IMG/VR virus record: IMGVR_UViG_3300042988_001121
Coordinates: 114,210-178,209 of that record
Origin: a virus
Length of the DNA: 64,000 nucleotides
Direction: 5' to 3' (one strand)
A program made the position numbers and the translations under genes. The notes beneath the pieces were generated by a model. That model ran no database searches. It had not been told where the DNA came from and worked only from the letters and a program-made list of their open reading frames with translations. Positions 24,370 through 33,394 of the stretch are shown piece by piece. How positions within the stretch are numbered: position 1 is the first letter of the stretch; every line of letters starts with the position of its first letter.

Positions 24370-27300
24370 TTTCTCGGAAGCACAGAAATAAATCTGCTAG
24401 TAGAAGTCTCTGTTGAAAGCGTATCCAGTTTAGCTCTGATATCAGCAATCTCTGAAATCAGGTCAGACACCTTATCAGTCGTACATTCGTATATAGCGAT
24501 ATTACTGAATCTGGTTCCAAATTCATTTTCCGTAATATTGCTGCGAATGTAATCTAATAAGTCATTCTTACTCATTTTTCGGAAGTCGATCTTATTGTCA
24601 ATAACATGTTCAATGAAAAGTTTCTTGGCAGTCAGATATTCTACCTGATTATCATAGGTTTTCTTTTCGTAGTCCAATTTTTGCTGAAACTTTGAGAGTC
24701 GATACTCAACGAAGTGGTGTATCAACGAGGCAACGCTCTTGAAGATTTTTAGTTTACCGTGCTGATCCAATGTCGTTAGATTCTCGCTATGAATCTTCGC
24801 CAGCTTGAAATATGACAGCGGGTCTTTATCAATAGAATCTTTCTGCGCTCCAGTTACCTTAACAGTGAACACGAACCCGGCGTCACTACAATGATCTTCA
24901 TAGTCACGAATCTTATCAGAGTCAATCAATGTATTGAGAAAGGTGACATATGTAGCTCTGTCATATCCAACTGGCAATTCACTGATTTTATACTGATACT
25001 TGCCAATGTACTCGATCTTTCCGAGGCTCTTATACTGATTATCCCCAATAGAGACAACTTCTCCGTTAAATGAAGGAAACGAAGGCAGTATATCTGCATT
25101 GGTATCAAGAAATTTTGTTGGGTTCTTGATACATTCTTTCACAGCGGCTACCAATGAATGTGTACTACGCGGAAGAATATTTGAAGCAAAACCAACAGCG
25201 ATACCAGAAACACCATTGACAAGAACCCAAGGGATAACAGGTAGATAGTGCAGCGGAGCACATTGTTCAGGATCATCTGAATAATCAACGACTTCTTCAT
25301 CAATAAAAAATTTCTTGAAATTATCACTGAGTTTAGCATAGATATAACGTGGCGCAGCAGGTTCCTGAATCAACCTCGAACCAAAGTTACCCTGACCCTC
25401 AAAAATAGGAGCATTGTTAGACCATTCGGCAGTCATACCATTGATAGCAGCAATAGCAGAAACTTCGCCATGATGATATCCATATTTGGCAACACTACCA
25501 CCCAACTCAGATAACTTCTGAAACCCCTTTGGTGAATTCAACATCGCATGAACAAGAATTCGCTGAACAGGCTTCAGACCATCGATGACGCTTGGAATCG
25601 CCCGATTCTCTATTGTATACATTGAGTAATCAAGATACTCGGTGTCAATTGCACTGGTAATCGTTTTCTTGTCAGTCACAACAGGCTGAACAAAATCTGT
25701 GTTCAACATCCATTCTTTTCTGGCATCAGCGGAGTCACCGAAAGCCATTTCAAGGCGCTCAATTCCTTCTGGTGTCACTGTGACATATCTAGGGTTATTG
25801 ATGACCTCAGAATAGATATCCTTTGGCATTGACCCCAATCCCTTGAAGTAAGAAACATTCCAACCAGTGGAATCAAACTTCTGAAATTCATCTATTGTGT
25901 CAAAGGTTTTTACTTGCTTACCTTTTTTGCAATAGTAAAGCGGAGCCAGTAACCTGACAACTCTACCGCCATCGAACAGTTCTTTCCAATGAGAAAACAG
26001 ATTCAGCAACAGACAGAAGATGTTATTACCATCTGTATCCATATCCGTGAATATTGCGATACGACCGTAATTTAAATTCGTTGCTGGCTTGCCGAATTCT
26101 AGACCAATGATACTTAGTAACTCAGAGATTTCTTTGTTCTTCAGAATTTCAATCGGCTTCATTCCACGAACATTCATGACCTTCCCCTTAAGAGGGTATC
26201 CACCATGAATCTTTGGGTCACGAACTGTTAACAGGCTACCAAGAGCAGACTGACCTTCTGTAATACACAGAACTGTCTGTGAACGATCTTTATTCGTTGC
26301 AGCAATATGATTGATGATAGGTGTACGCGAAAGAGTCTTCTTTTTCTTTTCTAGTTCGCGCCGTTCTTCCAATTCTTTTTTGTGTAGGATAGACTGAATC
26401 ATTGGATCAATGATTTCAGGCGTGTTCAGAACACTTTTTGCGATCTTATCGAAGTCAAACCCACTAAGATGACTAGAAAGCTCTGCAACAGTATTCGTTA
26501 AACGTTCTTTGGTCTGACTATCAAACTTCATATTAACGAAGTTACGAAGAACAGTCACAACAGTAAGATGTTGACGGATTGAGTTAGGAAGAACATCAAT
26601 CTTATGTTTCTTCTTGATGTGCTGGCGCAATGGTTCAATTACACGGTCAACAATATAATTGATATGCGTTCCGCCGTTCTTTAACCACAGACCATTACAA
26701 TAGGAATGCAATTGGAATTCTTCTGTTGCGCCGCTTGGCGCAAGAATAATTACACCAGCAGAATTTTCTGCAATGACATTGACTGGATTAAACTTCGCTG
26801 CATACTCTGAAATTTTCTTCACTCGAATGGGTTCATCATTAAACGTGAATTTGATTTCAGGGAAACAGACAGCCAGATTCTCAAATTGATCTTTGAAGAA
26901 GTCAATGTGGTCTTGAGTCAACTCAGATAGCCCGAATGCAGCAACATCGGGAATGAAACTGACTCTGGTAAATTTTTGTGTCGATTCCTTGGTGTGAATA
27001 TTCTTGATATTCGCATTACCATTACACAGCAACCGGAGATATGTCTTTCCATCAGAGGTTTCTCCAATGAATTCTGTTGAGAAAACATTGGTCAGAAAAC
27101 TACCAACTCCATTTGCGCCAATGGTTTCACGGCTGTCATCAAAATTCGAACCTGCACGAGCCTGAGTCCATGCAAGAACAGGTCTATATTGATTTGTTCC
27201 ATCAACAATGGTAACAGGAATACCTCGACCATTATCTTCAACAATCACCTGATATGGTTCACCAAGAAGACCAAGGTCAACTTTCTTGATACTCACGCTG

Positions 27301-27515
27301 ATCTTATTAGCGAACTTGTATTTTGTGCGAACAGCTTCATCAATCGAGTTATCAATAATTTCTCGAATAATTTTACACAGCGCCGGAACAATGGACAATG
27401 TTTGTTTCTGTCCAAAGAACATTCCTGTAATTTCTTCTACTGTCGCTGATCCAGCATACATCTGGACTCGTTTACGGATGTGTTCTGCATCCGTTAGAAT
27501 TTTGAATTCACTCAT
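24366..27515 (-). CDS. Type IIA DNA topoisomerase, single polypeptide (gp39+gp60+gp52 fused)
   Basis: GHKL EIIDNSIDE, DNGRGIP, GANGVG; TOPRIM TEGQSA, PLKGK, DMDTDG, YFKGLG; cleavage core RAIPSVIDGLKPVQR, YHHGE, AAPRY. Confidence 0.95.
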   Translation of the reverse strand: MSEFKILTDAEHIRKRVQMYAGSATVEEITGMFFGQKQTLSIVPALCKIIREIIDNSIDEAVRTKYKFANKISVSIKKVDLGLLGEPYQVIVEDNGRGIPVTIVDGTNQYRPVLAWTQARAGSNFDDSRETIGANGVGSFLTNVFSTEFIGETSDGKTYLRLLCNGNANIKNIHTKESTQKFTRVSFIPDVAAFGLSELTQDHIDFFKDQFENLAVCFPEIKFTFNDEPIRVKKISEYAAKFNPVNVIAENSAGVIILAPSGATEEFQLHSYCNGLWLKNGGTHINYIVDRVIEPLRQHIKKKHKIDVLPNSIRQHLTVVTVLRNFVNMKFDSQTKERLTNTVAELSSHLSGFDFDKIAKSVLNTPEIIDPMIQSILHKKELEERRELEKKKKTLSRTPIINHIAATNKDRSQTVLCITEGQSALGSLLTVRDPKIHGGYPLKGKVMNVRGMKPIEILKNKEISELLSIIGLEFGKPATNLNYGRIAIFTDMDTDGNNIFCLLLNLFSHWKELFDGGRVVRLLAPLYYCKKGKQVKTFDTIDEFQKFDSTGWNVSYFKGLGSMPKDIYSEVINNPRYVTVTPEGIERLEMAFGDSADARKEWMLNTDFVQPVVTDKKTITSAIDTEYLDYSMYTIENRAIPSVIDGLKPVQRILVHAMLNSPKGFQKLSELGGSVAKYGYHHGEVSAIAAINGMTAEWSNNAPIFEGQGNFGSRLIQEPAAPRYIYAKLSDNFKKFFIDEEVVDYSDDPEQCAPLHYLPVIPWVLVNGVSGIAVGFASNILPRSTHSLVAAVKECIKNPTKFLDTNADILPSFPSFNGEVVSIGDNQYKSLGKIEYIGKYQYKISELPVGYDRATYVTFLNTLIDSDKIRDYEDHCSDAGFVFTVKVTGAQKDSIDKDPLSYFKLAKIHSENLTTLDQHGKLKIFKSVASLIHHFVEYRLSKFQQKLDYEKKTYDNQVEYLTAKKLFIEHVIDNKIDFRKMSKNDLLDYIRSNITENEFGTRFSNIAIYECTTDKVSDLISEIADIRAKLDTLSTETSTSRFISVLPRK

Positions 27516-27937
27516 TTGATTTTATATGAAATCAGGTCAAAGATCATTTCACTGATGAATGCGTGTTTAAGATCATAAAAATCCATCTGAGCAATCATTT
27601 GATCAGAAAGAACTTTCTTGAGCGCAGAATTGACAGCAACATGATTGAATTGCATGTAACCTGACATGGATTCAATGTGATAATTGACAGTATTATTGTA
27701 ATCCGCAATCACCATCAATCGAGGCAATTGTGTTGCAAGACGATTATATGAAACCTGACGACCGATTGATTTATTATAAACATCGCCCTCAGAAAGTTTC
27801 GCCCAAGCAAACCAGACATGATTATGTTCACGAATATATGCAACAGTGAAACTGTTGTAGTTATCACCTGTCCAATGATCAATAGCATGGATATAGCGAG
27901 GGTTCAGGTTACGAGAATCAATCATCGAAAGCTCCAT
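27512..27937 (-). CDS. Hypothetical protein
   Basis: D.YNKSIGRQVSY.R motif; coupled to topoisomerase. Confidence 0.7.
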   Translation of the reverse strand: MELSMIDSRNLNPRYIHAIDHWTGDNYNSFTVAYIREHNHVWFAWAKLSEGDVYNKSIGRQVSYNRLATQLPRLMVIADYNNTVNYHIESMSGYMQFNHVAVNSALKKVLSDQMIAQMDFYDLKHAFISEMIFDLISYKIK

Positions 27938-28067
27938 TACGATGTTTAGGGTTACGGGAAACTTTTTCTTTCTGTTTCTTAGAAAGTTGTTTTGTGGCTT
28001 TGTTAAATTGGTTTGCGTGTTTTGCTACCCAATTTCTTGGTTTTACTTTAGGTGATGTCATAATCAT
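27918..28067 (-). CDS. Small basic protein (49 aa), not in the track
   Basis: MIMTSPKVKPRNWVAKHANQFNKA...KHR; RNxVAK motif recurrent in T4-like phages; TAATG coupled. Confidence 0.6.
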   Translation of the reverse strand: MIMTSPKVKPRNWVAKHANQFNKATKQLSKKQKEKVSRNPKHRNGAFDD

Positions 28068-28315
28068 TATTGTAAACGATTTTTGTCATGCAGGCGCAGG
28101 TTTAGCACAAAATTTTCAACAACCAATTTTGTTACTGTTGCTAACATCGTCATTTCTCTGGCATCCTTATCTCCACCAAGGTACATGTCCAGTACATTTG
28201 CTGCAATGTAACGGAAAGTGTCTTCTTCTGAGTGTGGAAGGTAGCCGAAGTCGATTGGGTCTGCTTGGTTGACTTCTAGCGCCAGTTCAGTGAGTTGGTC
28301 AAGTAAAGTTTTCAT
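28067..28315 (-). CDS. Conserved T4-like hypothetical protein
   Basis: DPIDFG.L..SE....IA.NVL...MLATVTKLVVENFVLNLRL. Confidence 0.75.
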   Translation of the reverse strand: MKTLLDQLTELALEVNQADPIDFGYLPHSEEDTFRYIAANVLDMYLGGDKDAREMTMLATVTKLVVENFVLNLRLHDKNRLQ

Positions 28316-28330
28316 GATGATTGATTATTA

Positions 28331-28525
28331 GTCCCGCTTACAAAATACGGGGACGAACTTTCGTGTCGTCTGTTCTACCTATCACGGTAGTAACTTCTCG
28401 CTCTATGATGGCGTCATAGATGGCAGTGCATGCACTGTTTTACATTGTTTCCTACAAGACAATGGACGCTCTAACCGGAACGACACGGACCCAAGGTAGG
28501 TATGGTACTCGATGTACGTATCGAG
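28331..28525 (-). ncRNA. Unidentified structured RNA candidate
   Basis: At least six hairpins and an 8-bp long-range stem in an ORF-free gap; extended -10 TGTGTTATAAT at 28546-28536. Confidence 0.5.
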
Positions 28526-28536
28526 CATTAAACAAA

Positions 28537-28986
28537 TTATAACACAGAATTCTTCATATGTTTTTTATGTATTTTACATGAAATCCAGCTATTGTAATAA
28601 AGATCGCTCAAAAGAACATCCCTGATGAGTTGTTCCTTTATTTCATAATACGAAAGTTCTGACTTACTATAACAATATCGAATAATTTCTCTGCGATATC
28701 GATCAGCGCCATTTTTTGCAATTTCTTCTTTCAGAAAATCGCTGGAGCCATAATAGTCTCGCCAGTCACTCGGTATCTGAATTTTTGTTTTCTTCTTAAC
28801 CTTTGATCCTTTATTTACTCCACTTTTTACGGTAACTGTTCTGACCGAATACTTGTGCGAATAAAGATTCTTCTTACCAATATACATTTTTCCGCTGTCT
28901 ATATGAGTTATCAGATAGATGAACCCAATAGCTGCTTCTGGTATTTCTGAATCAAGGACAGGTTTATCATTATACACCCAATCCAT
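28537..28986 (-). CDS. GIY-YIG endonuclease (Seg-like)
   Basis: GFIYLIT....K.YIGKK, W..YYGSS, REII..C, E...YEIKEQ. Confidence 0.85.
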   Translation of the reverse strand: MDWVYNDKPVLDSEIPEAAIGFIYLITHIDSGKMYIGKKNLYSHKYSVRTVTVKSGVNKGSKVKKKTKIQIPSDWRDYYGSSDFLKEEIAKNGADRYRREIIRYCYSKSELSYYEIKEQLIRDVLLSDLYYNSWISCKIHKKHMKNSVL

Positions 28987-29016
28987 AAGCTGCCTTTCAT
29001 TGACAGCTTATTTAAT
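28986..29016 (-). promoter_or_regulatory. Late promoter overlapping an RBS-sequestering hairpin
   Basis: ATTAAATA (29016-29009); stem TAAGCTGTC / GGCAGCTTA covers the purine-rich RBS and the A of the ATG. Confidence 0.65.
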
Positions 29017-29192
29017 TACTTCAGATAACGAGTATATGCAGCGGCTTCTTCTTCGTCATCGAACCCCATTTCATCGTATGCATCAAATCTTGGTCGCTTT
29101 GTCCTTGATTCAGCCTTTTTCTTCGCAGCAATATGAGATTCATTTTCATATTCACTGTTTGTATTGCGATTACGATTTTGTTGAGTTTCCAT
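29016..29192 (-). CDS. Small highly charged protein
   Basis: Basic then acidic tail (FDDEEEAAAY); likely start METQQ. Confidence 0.6.
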   Translation of the reverse strand: METQQNRNRNTNSEYENESHIAAKKKAESRTKRPRFDAYDEMGFDDEEEAAAYTRYLK

Positions 29193-29724
29193 TTTCAATT
29201 AAGGGTTGATATTTTGATACGTTAAAGAAGTCTTTGTACTTCCGAAGTTTTCTGATTCTATCAGAGGAAAAGGCAAAGTTCGGTGAATTCTGCATCTTAT
29301 CCAGATTATCGCCAAAGCGAAGTATAACATATTCTGGGGTGTACTGACCGCCAAGGTAGCCAAAAAACACATCAGAGTTGGTTGCATTCGCCAAGTTTGC
29401 TTTCTCTATATCACATTTAATATAATAACCAAGTGATGCTCTACGTCCTTTGAAGTTGTAATACAGGCTCTGTATTTCTTCGTTTTCAGTGTACTGGAGA
29501 ATTTTCATTTCCAATTCACATGCAATACAGGCATAAACAAGATCGGTGACAGTAGAATATTTTCTTGCTAACCAATCGAACTTGAATGCCTGATTTCTTG
29601 TTAAAGAATTGTATGCTTTCTCGGATTGTTTTGTGTGAATCCCATATTTCTTAAGAGAATATGCTTCGTCCCTAAAGTGAAGACGAAGCCCCCAATAATA
29701 TTTGAAAGCAGTTTCGATGTTCAC
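29170..29724 (-). CDS. gp59: Helicase loader gp59
   Basis: AFKYY.GL.LHF....YS..KYG N-terminus; synteny with gp33 and rnh. Confidence 0.75.
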   Translation of the reverse strand: MNIETAFKYYWGLRLHFRDEAYSLKKYGIHTKQSEKAYNSLTRNQAFKFDWLARKYSTVTDLVYACIACELEMKILQYTENEEIQSLYYNFKGRRASLGYYIKCDIEKANLANATNSDVFFGYLGGQYTPEYVILRFGDNLDKMQNSPNFAFSSDRIRKLRKYKDFFNVSKYQPLIENGNSTKS

Positions 29725-29960
29725 AGCAATTCGTCAATAGAATAAACTTCTTTACGATAATGACCTTCATCAATAGCTGACTGTTGTACTTTCTCAAGTA
29801 GAACCGTACTCATGTACTGTAACAGTTCCTCTGGCTCTTTATCAGATTCTTCGCTGAAATGAAGGATGGCATCAAAATATGAAACTGCATTGTCGATGAC
29901 ATATTTCTCGATATACTCACTGAATGTAGTTTTGTTCAGGAACATTTCTTCTGGATTCAT
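29721..29960 (-). CDS. gp33: Late transcription coactivator gp33
   Basis: FS..IE..V.....SYFDAILH....EPE......L.EKV...A. Confidence 0.85.
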   Translation of the reverse strand: MNPEEMFLNKTTFSEYIEKYVIDNAVSYFDAILHFSEESDKEPEELLQYMSTVLLEKVQQSAIDEGHYRKEVYSIDELL

Positions 29961-30394
29961 TGTTCTTCTTTCAGTGCTTCGCAGATCAATTCATGTGTCA
30001 GTGTTGGGTACAGAGATTCAACATTCTTAAGAAGAATTGCCTTCAGCAATTTTGCCTCTGATTCACATAACATTTCTGTCATGTTCTTGTACTGCAACGT
30101 CTTTGTTCGTTTCGGAATTTTTGATGACGCTGGCGCAAAAAAGATACCTTCAAAAATCTGTGTTGTGGCACGAGATAACAAAGATGTTCCGGCAAGGCTC
30201 CTATGATAGATCGGATTTGTTGTTTTGATTTCATTGATATCAACATCAACCCACTTATCATCAACAGCAGATAACAACAATCGCTTTGCGAAAGAATTTG
30301 TTTTAATCAACTGGCGCAACTCATTGAGTTTGTTGTCAGATTGATCTATTTTAGATAGGATTTCATCCAATCCATAGACAGCCACATTTTGCAT
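29957..30394 (-). CDS. Conserved T4-like hypothetical protein
   Basis: EMLCESEAKLL..I..K.....YP.LT...EAL; usual position next to rnh. Confidence 0.75.
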   Translation of the reverse strand: MQNVAVYGLDEILSKIDQSDNKLNELRQLIKTNSFAKRLLLSAVDDKWVDVDINEIKTTNPIYHRSLAGTSLLSRATTQIFEGIFFAPASSKIPKRTKTLQYKNMTEMLCESEAKLLKAILLKNVESLYPTLTHELICEALKEEQ

Positions 30395-31314
30395 TAGAAA
30401 AAATCCTCTAAACTTCCTGAAAGATTACTGAAACGACGACTAGCAAAATATTTCAATAGACCCATTTTGCTTCCTTTTTTATCCAATTGTGCATTATAGC
30501 ACTCAAGAATCCTGTTAGCCACCACATCAGGAATTTTTTCATATGAAACGAGCGTTTCGTTCCTGATATAGTTTTTTCTCTGTTCTTCGTCTTCACATGC
30601 ATCGATGGGATTCTTTGCATCAAAGAATGATTGAAGATATTTTGCTGAGATAGATTTCTGCCTTGCGCCAGCTTCTTTTGTTGCAAAGAAATTTGCAGGA
30701 GATTTGATCGAAGGAATTCCGTCGCCACTGTCGCCCTTAACAATTTTTTCGATAAGTGCTTTTCTGGCTCCGAATTCAGGTTTCACCTGTTTCTTGATTG
30801 CTGGAGAAAACTGTCTTACATTATCATACCGATGTAGTTGGTAATTATCTTTGTCACTGGAGATAATTAGAATGTTTTCTGGCTCCAGTTCATCGAACAT
30901 ATTCATGACACCTGTTGTGGTACTGATGTGTTTAGTCAGCACACCAATAATGTCATCTGCCTCTGCGCCCTCTACCTTGATCACAGGATAATGCATGTAC
31001 TCTTGGCAGATAGAAACTACGTCTGAAATACATTCGTTAACAAAATTCCAGTCGATATCTTCTTTTTCTTTTTTATTTTTCCGAGAATATTTGTACTCAG
31101 GGAAAATGTCATAGCGCCACGATTTACTGTCAATAGCAAGAACCATTTTTCCGTAATTGACTCGGTGTTCGCGGTTATTTGCACGAAGACTATTCAGGAT
31201 AATATGATGCAGAACATCTTTACTTTCCTTACTAGGGTTGCATGCACATTGATGTGCAGTTGTATCTGCATAGATCGTTGCAATGGCGATCTGACTAAAA
31301 TCAGTTATTATCAT
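30394..31314 (-). CDS. rnh: T4 RNase H (5'-3' exonuclease/flap endonuclease)
   Basis: IITDFSQI, LAIDSKSWR..IFP.YK..R, GAEADDII, ISSDKD..QL, KGDSGDGIP. Confidence 0.95.
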   Translation of the reverse strand: MIITDFSQIAIATIYADTTAHQCACNPSKESKDVLHHIILNSLRANNREHRVNYGKMVLAIDSKSWRYDIFPEYKYSRKNKKEKEDIDWNFVNECISDVVSICQEYMHYPVIKVEGAEADDIIGVLTKHISTTTGVMNMFDELEPENILIISSDKDNYQLHRYDNVRQFSPAIKKQVKPEFGARKALIEKIVKGDSGDGIPSIKSPANFFATKEAGARQKSISAKYLQSFFDAKNPIDACEDEEQRKNYIRNETLVSYEKIPDVVANRILECYNAQLDKKGSKMGLLKYFASRRFSNLSGSLEDFF

Positions 31315-31492
31315 CTTTAGAAATTATTGACCATGCGGCCATCAGTAAAATTGAAATGCCAACAAACTTAAACAAAGAAGGTTTTGTTATTGTTTCATCG
31401 TCACTGAACATCGGAGCAATCTTCAGATAAAGTTTATGAAGCGCCCAAAGAACAGCAACAAGAAAACATACACCAAAGATAGCCCCGATCAT
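31301..31492 (-). CDS. Small membrane protein
   Basis: Likely start MIGAIF; two TM segments. Confidence 0.6.
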   Translation of the reverse strand: MIGAIFGVCFLVAVLWALHKLYLKIAPMFSDDETITKPSLFKFVGISILLMAAWSIISKDDNN

Positions 31493-31641
31493 GACTTCTC
31501 TACCTGAGTTTGACTGAATGTCAGACAACCGAACACAAGTGTCAATACCGCGCATAAAACACTACTGACAAATCCTTGGCTTTCGATCAAGGAACTTGCG
31601 CTAATGATGGTCAGCACGAAAAAGATAGAGAGTTTCAACAT
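31489..31641 (-). CDS. Small membrane protein
   Basis: Likely start MLKLSIFF after the TGTGATACAAT promoter at about 31667-31677. Confidence 0.55.
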   Translation of the reverse strand: MLKLSIFFVLTIISASSLIESQGFVSSVLCAVLTLVFGCLTFSQTQVEKS

Positions 31642-31672
31642 AACAAACCTTTCTAGATTGGAATCTATTGTA

Positions 31673-33394
31673 TCACAACTTGGTGACAGTTTCAATGTGG
31701 CTGAAATTATTTTCTTTCTTGACATGAATGAGTCGATCAAAACTTTCTGCGAACTTCTCTGCGCTCCGATGACTAACAACAAAAACGTTGATGTTATCTT
31801 CTGTTGCATCAATGATCTTCATCAGATTTTCAATACCAGCTTCATCAAGGCTCGAATCAAGAATCTCATCAAAGAATAACAGGTTGCATTCAAATGCACT
31901 ACGCATCTTAGCAATATTCCTGAATGTCAGCAGCATTGCAAGATCAATTCTCTGTCTTTCACCTGCCGAGAAACTAGAGTAGCTGAACTTGTCCCGGTGG
32001 CGAGACTTGATGACTTCCTTGAATTCACTGTCCAGTTCAAATGAAACAAAAAAATCGAGTTGGCTGAGATAATCATTAACATAAGAGTTAATGACTGGTA
32101 TGAACTGTTCAACAATCTTGCCCTTGATACCATCGTCCTTGAGCAATTCTTGCATCGCGGTATTGTGCTCTTGATCCGTTGTGATGGAAGCAATGTCTTG
32201 CATGATATCCAGAGACTCTTTAGCAGAGTCACGTAGAGTTTCCTTCAGCTTAGTGATATCACCTGTAATTGTCTGACTGTTCTTTTCTGCCTCGCATCTA
32301 GCAACTTCTTTCATTGAAGCATTGATGCTAAACAAGGTAACATTCATATCTCCCTTAACGGTCGATATATCAGTTTTTGTGGTTGAATATAGTTCTTCTA
32401 TGCCTTCATATGATTCTAATTCTGCTCGATATTTGTTGGCAGCAGACTGATATGTTGATACTTCTTTCTCAACATCACTGTAGACCGTTTTAATGTGGCT
32501 AGGATCGATTTTCTGCTTACAGGTAGGGCAACCATCATTCTCGTCAAAAAAACTCAACTCAGACAGTTTTGATGCGATCTTGGTATCGATTTTGTTGATA
32601 TAACTTGTCAGCTTCTTATATTCCTCTAGACGAGCCTCAATATCAGTGATCTTTTCTTGCAGACATTCAATTTGTTTCTTCTGTCCCGCTAACTTGATTT
32701 CATTTTGATCAATTAAGGCTTGCGCAGATTTCTGTCGCGACTCAATCTCGTCTATATTGAATGTTCTGATATTTTCCAGTTGAGTAATATGAGTTTTCTG
32801 TAGCTCAATATTTTGTTTCAGCCCCCGAAGTTTTTCATTAAGAAGTTTCAATTCCTCTTTGTTCTTCGCAACTCTTGTTTTGACGATCTGGTTCATATAA
32901 GTGAAAACCCTGATATCAAGAATGTCTTCAATGAAGTTGCGCCTGTCTCCCTTACTGAGAGACATGAATGGGGTGTAATTCTCAATCGAGAGAATTGTTG
33001 TCTGCATGAAGGTTCTGTAATTGATCTTGAGAATATTCTTCTCAAGGTAATCCTGAAAATCTCCGGTCAGCGTTGCATCCAGAGCAACACCGTCTTCGAT
33101 GATATCGAATACAGATGGTTTAATTCCTCGCCTAACAGTGTATTGCTTTCCGTTTGAGATAAAGTCAATTTCGACCAAGCAATTTTTTGTATTGATCGAG
33201 TTAACGACCTGCGGTTTGTTGATTTCCTTGATCGTCTTATCAAAAAGAGCAAACGTGATCATGTTGCCAGTAGTTGACTTACCGGCTCCGTTTTCACCGA
33301 ACATCACTGTTTTCTTATAACCAGTGAATTCGACTTCATTGAAAGCATTACCAATAGAGAGAAAGTTTTTCCCTCGCACACGTTGAATAATCAT
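31673..33394 (-). CDS. gp46: Recombination endonuclease subunit gp46 (Rad50/SbcC-like)
   Basis: KNFLSIGN, GENGAGKST, zinc hook CPTC, FSAGERQRIDL, FFDEILDSSLD, VVSH. Confidence 0.97.
   Translation of the reverse strand: MIIQRVRGKNFLSIGNAFNEVEFTGYKKTVMFGENGAGKSTTGNMITFALFDKTIKEINKPQVVNSINTKNCLVEIDFISNGKQYTVRRGIKPSVFDIIEDGVALDATLTGDFQDYLEKNILKINYRTFMQTTILSIENYTPFMSLSKGDRRNFIEDILDIRVFTYMNQIVKTRVAKNKEELKLLNEKLRGLKQNIELQKTHITQLENIRTFNIDEIESRQKSAQALIDQNEIKLAGQKKQIECLQEKITDIEARLEEYKKLTSYINKIDTKIASKLSELSFFDENDGCPTCKQKIDPSHIKTVYSDVEKEVSTYQSAANKYRAELESYEGIEELYSTTKTDISTVKGDMNVTLFSINASMKEVARCEAEKNSQTITGDITKLKETLRDSAKESLDIMQDIASITTDQEHNTAMQELLKDDGIKGKIVEQFIPVINSYVNDYLSQLDFFVSFELDSEFKEVIKSRHRDKFSYSSFSAGERQRIDLAMLLTFRNIAKMRSAFECNLLFFDEILDSSLDEAGIENLMKIIDATEDNINVFVVSHRSAEKFAESFDRLIHVKKENNFSHIETVTKL

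Noticed and set aside
28331-28525. tRNA or tRNA cluster
   Set aside because: No T-loop GGTTCGA, D-loop or cloverleaf with an acceptor stem. No tRNA was recognised anywhere in the window.
29016-29200. gp32 ssDNA-binding protein expected after gp59
   Set aside because: Only about 58 aa with no gp32 motifs. gp32 is presumably elsewhere, which is an ordinary rearrangement.
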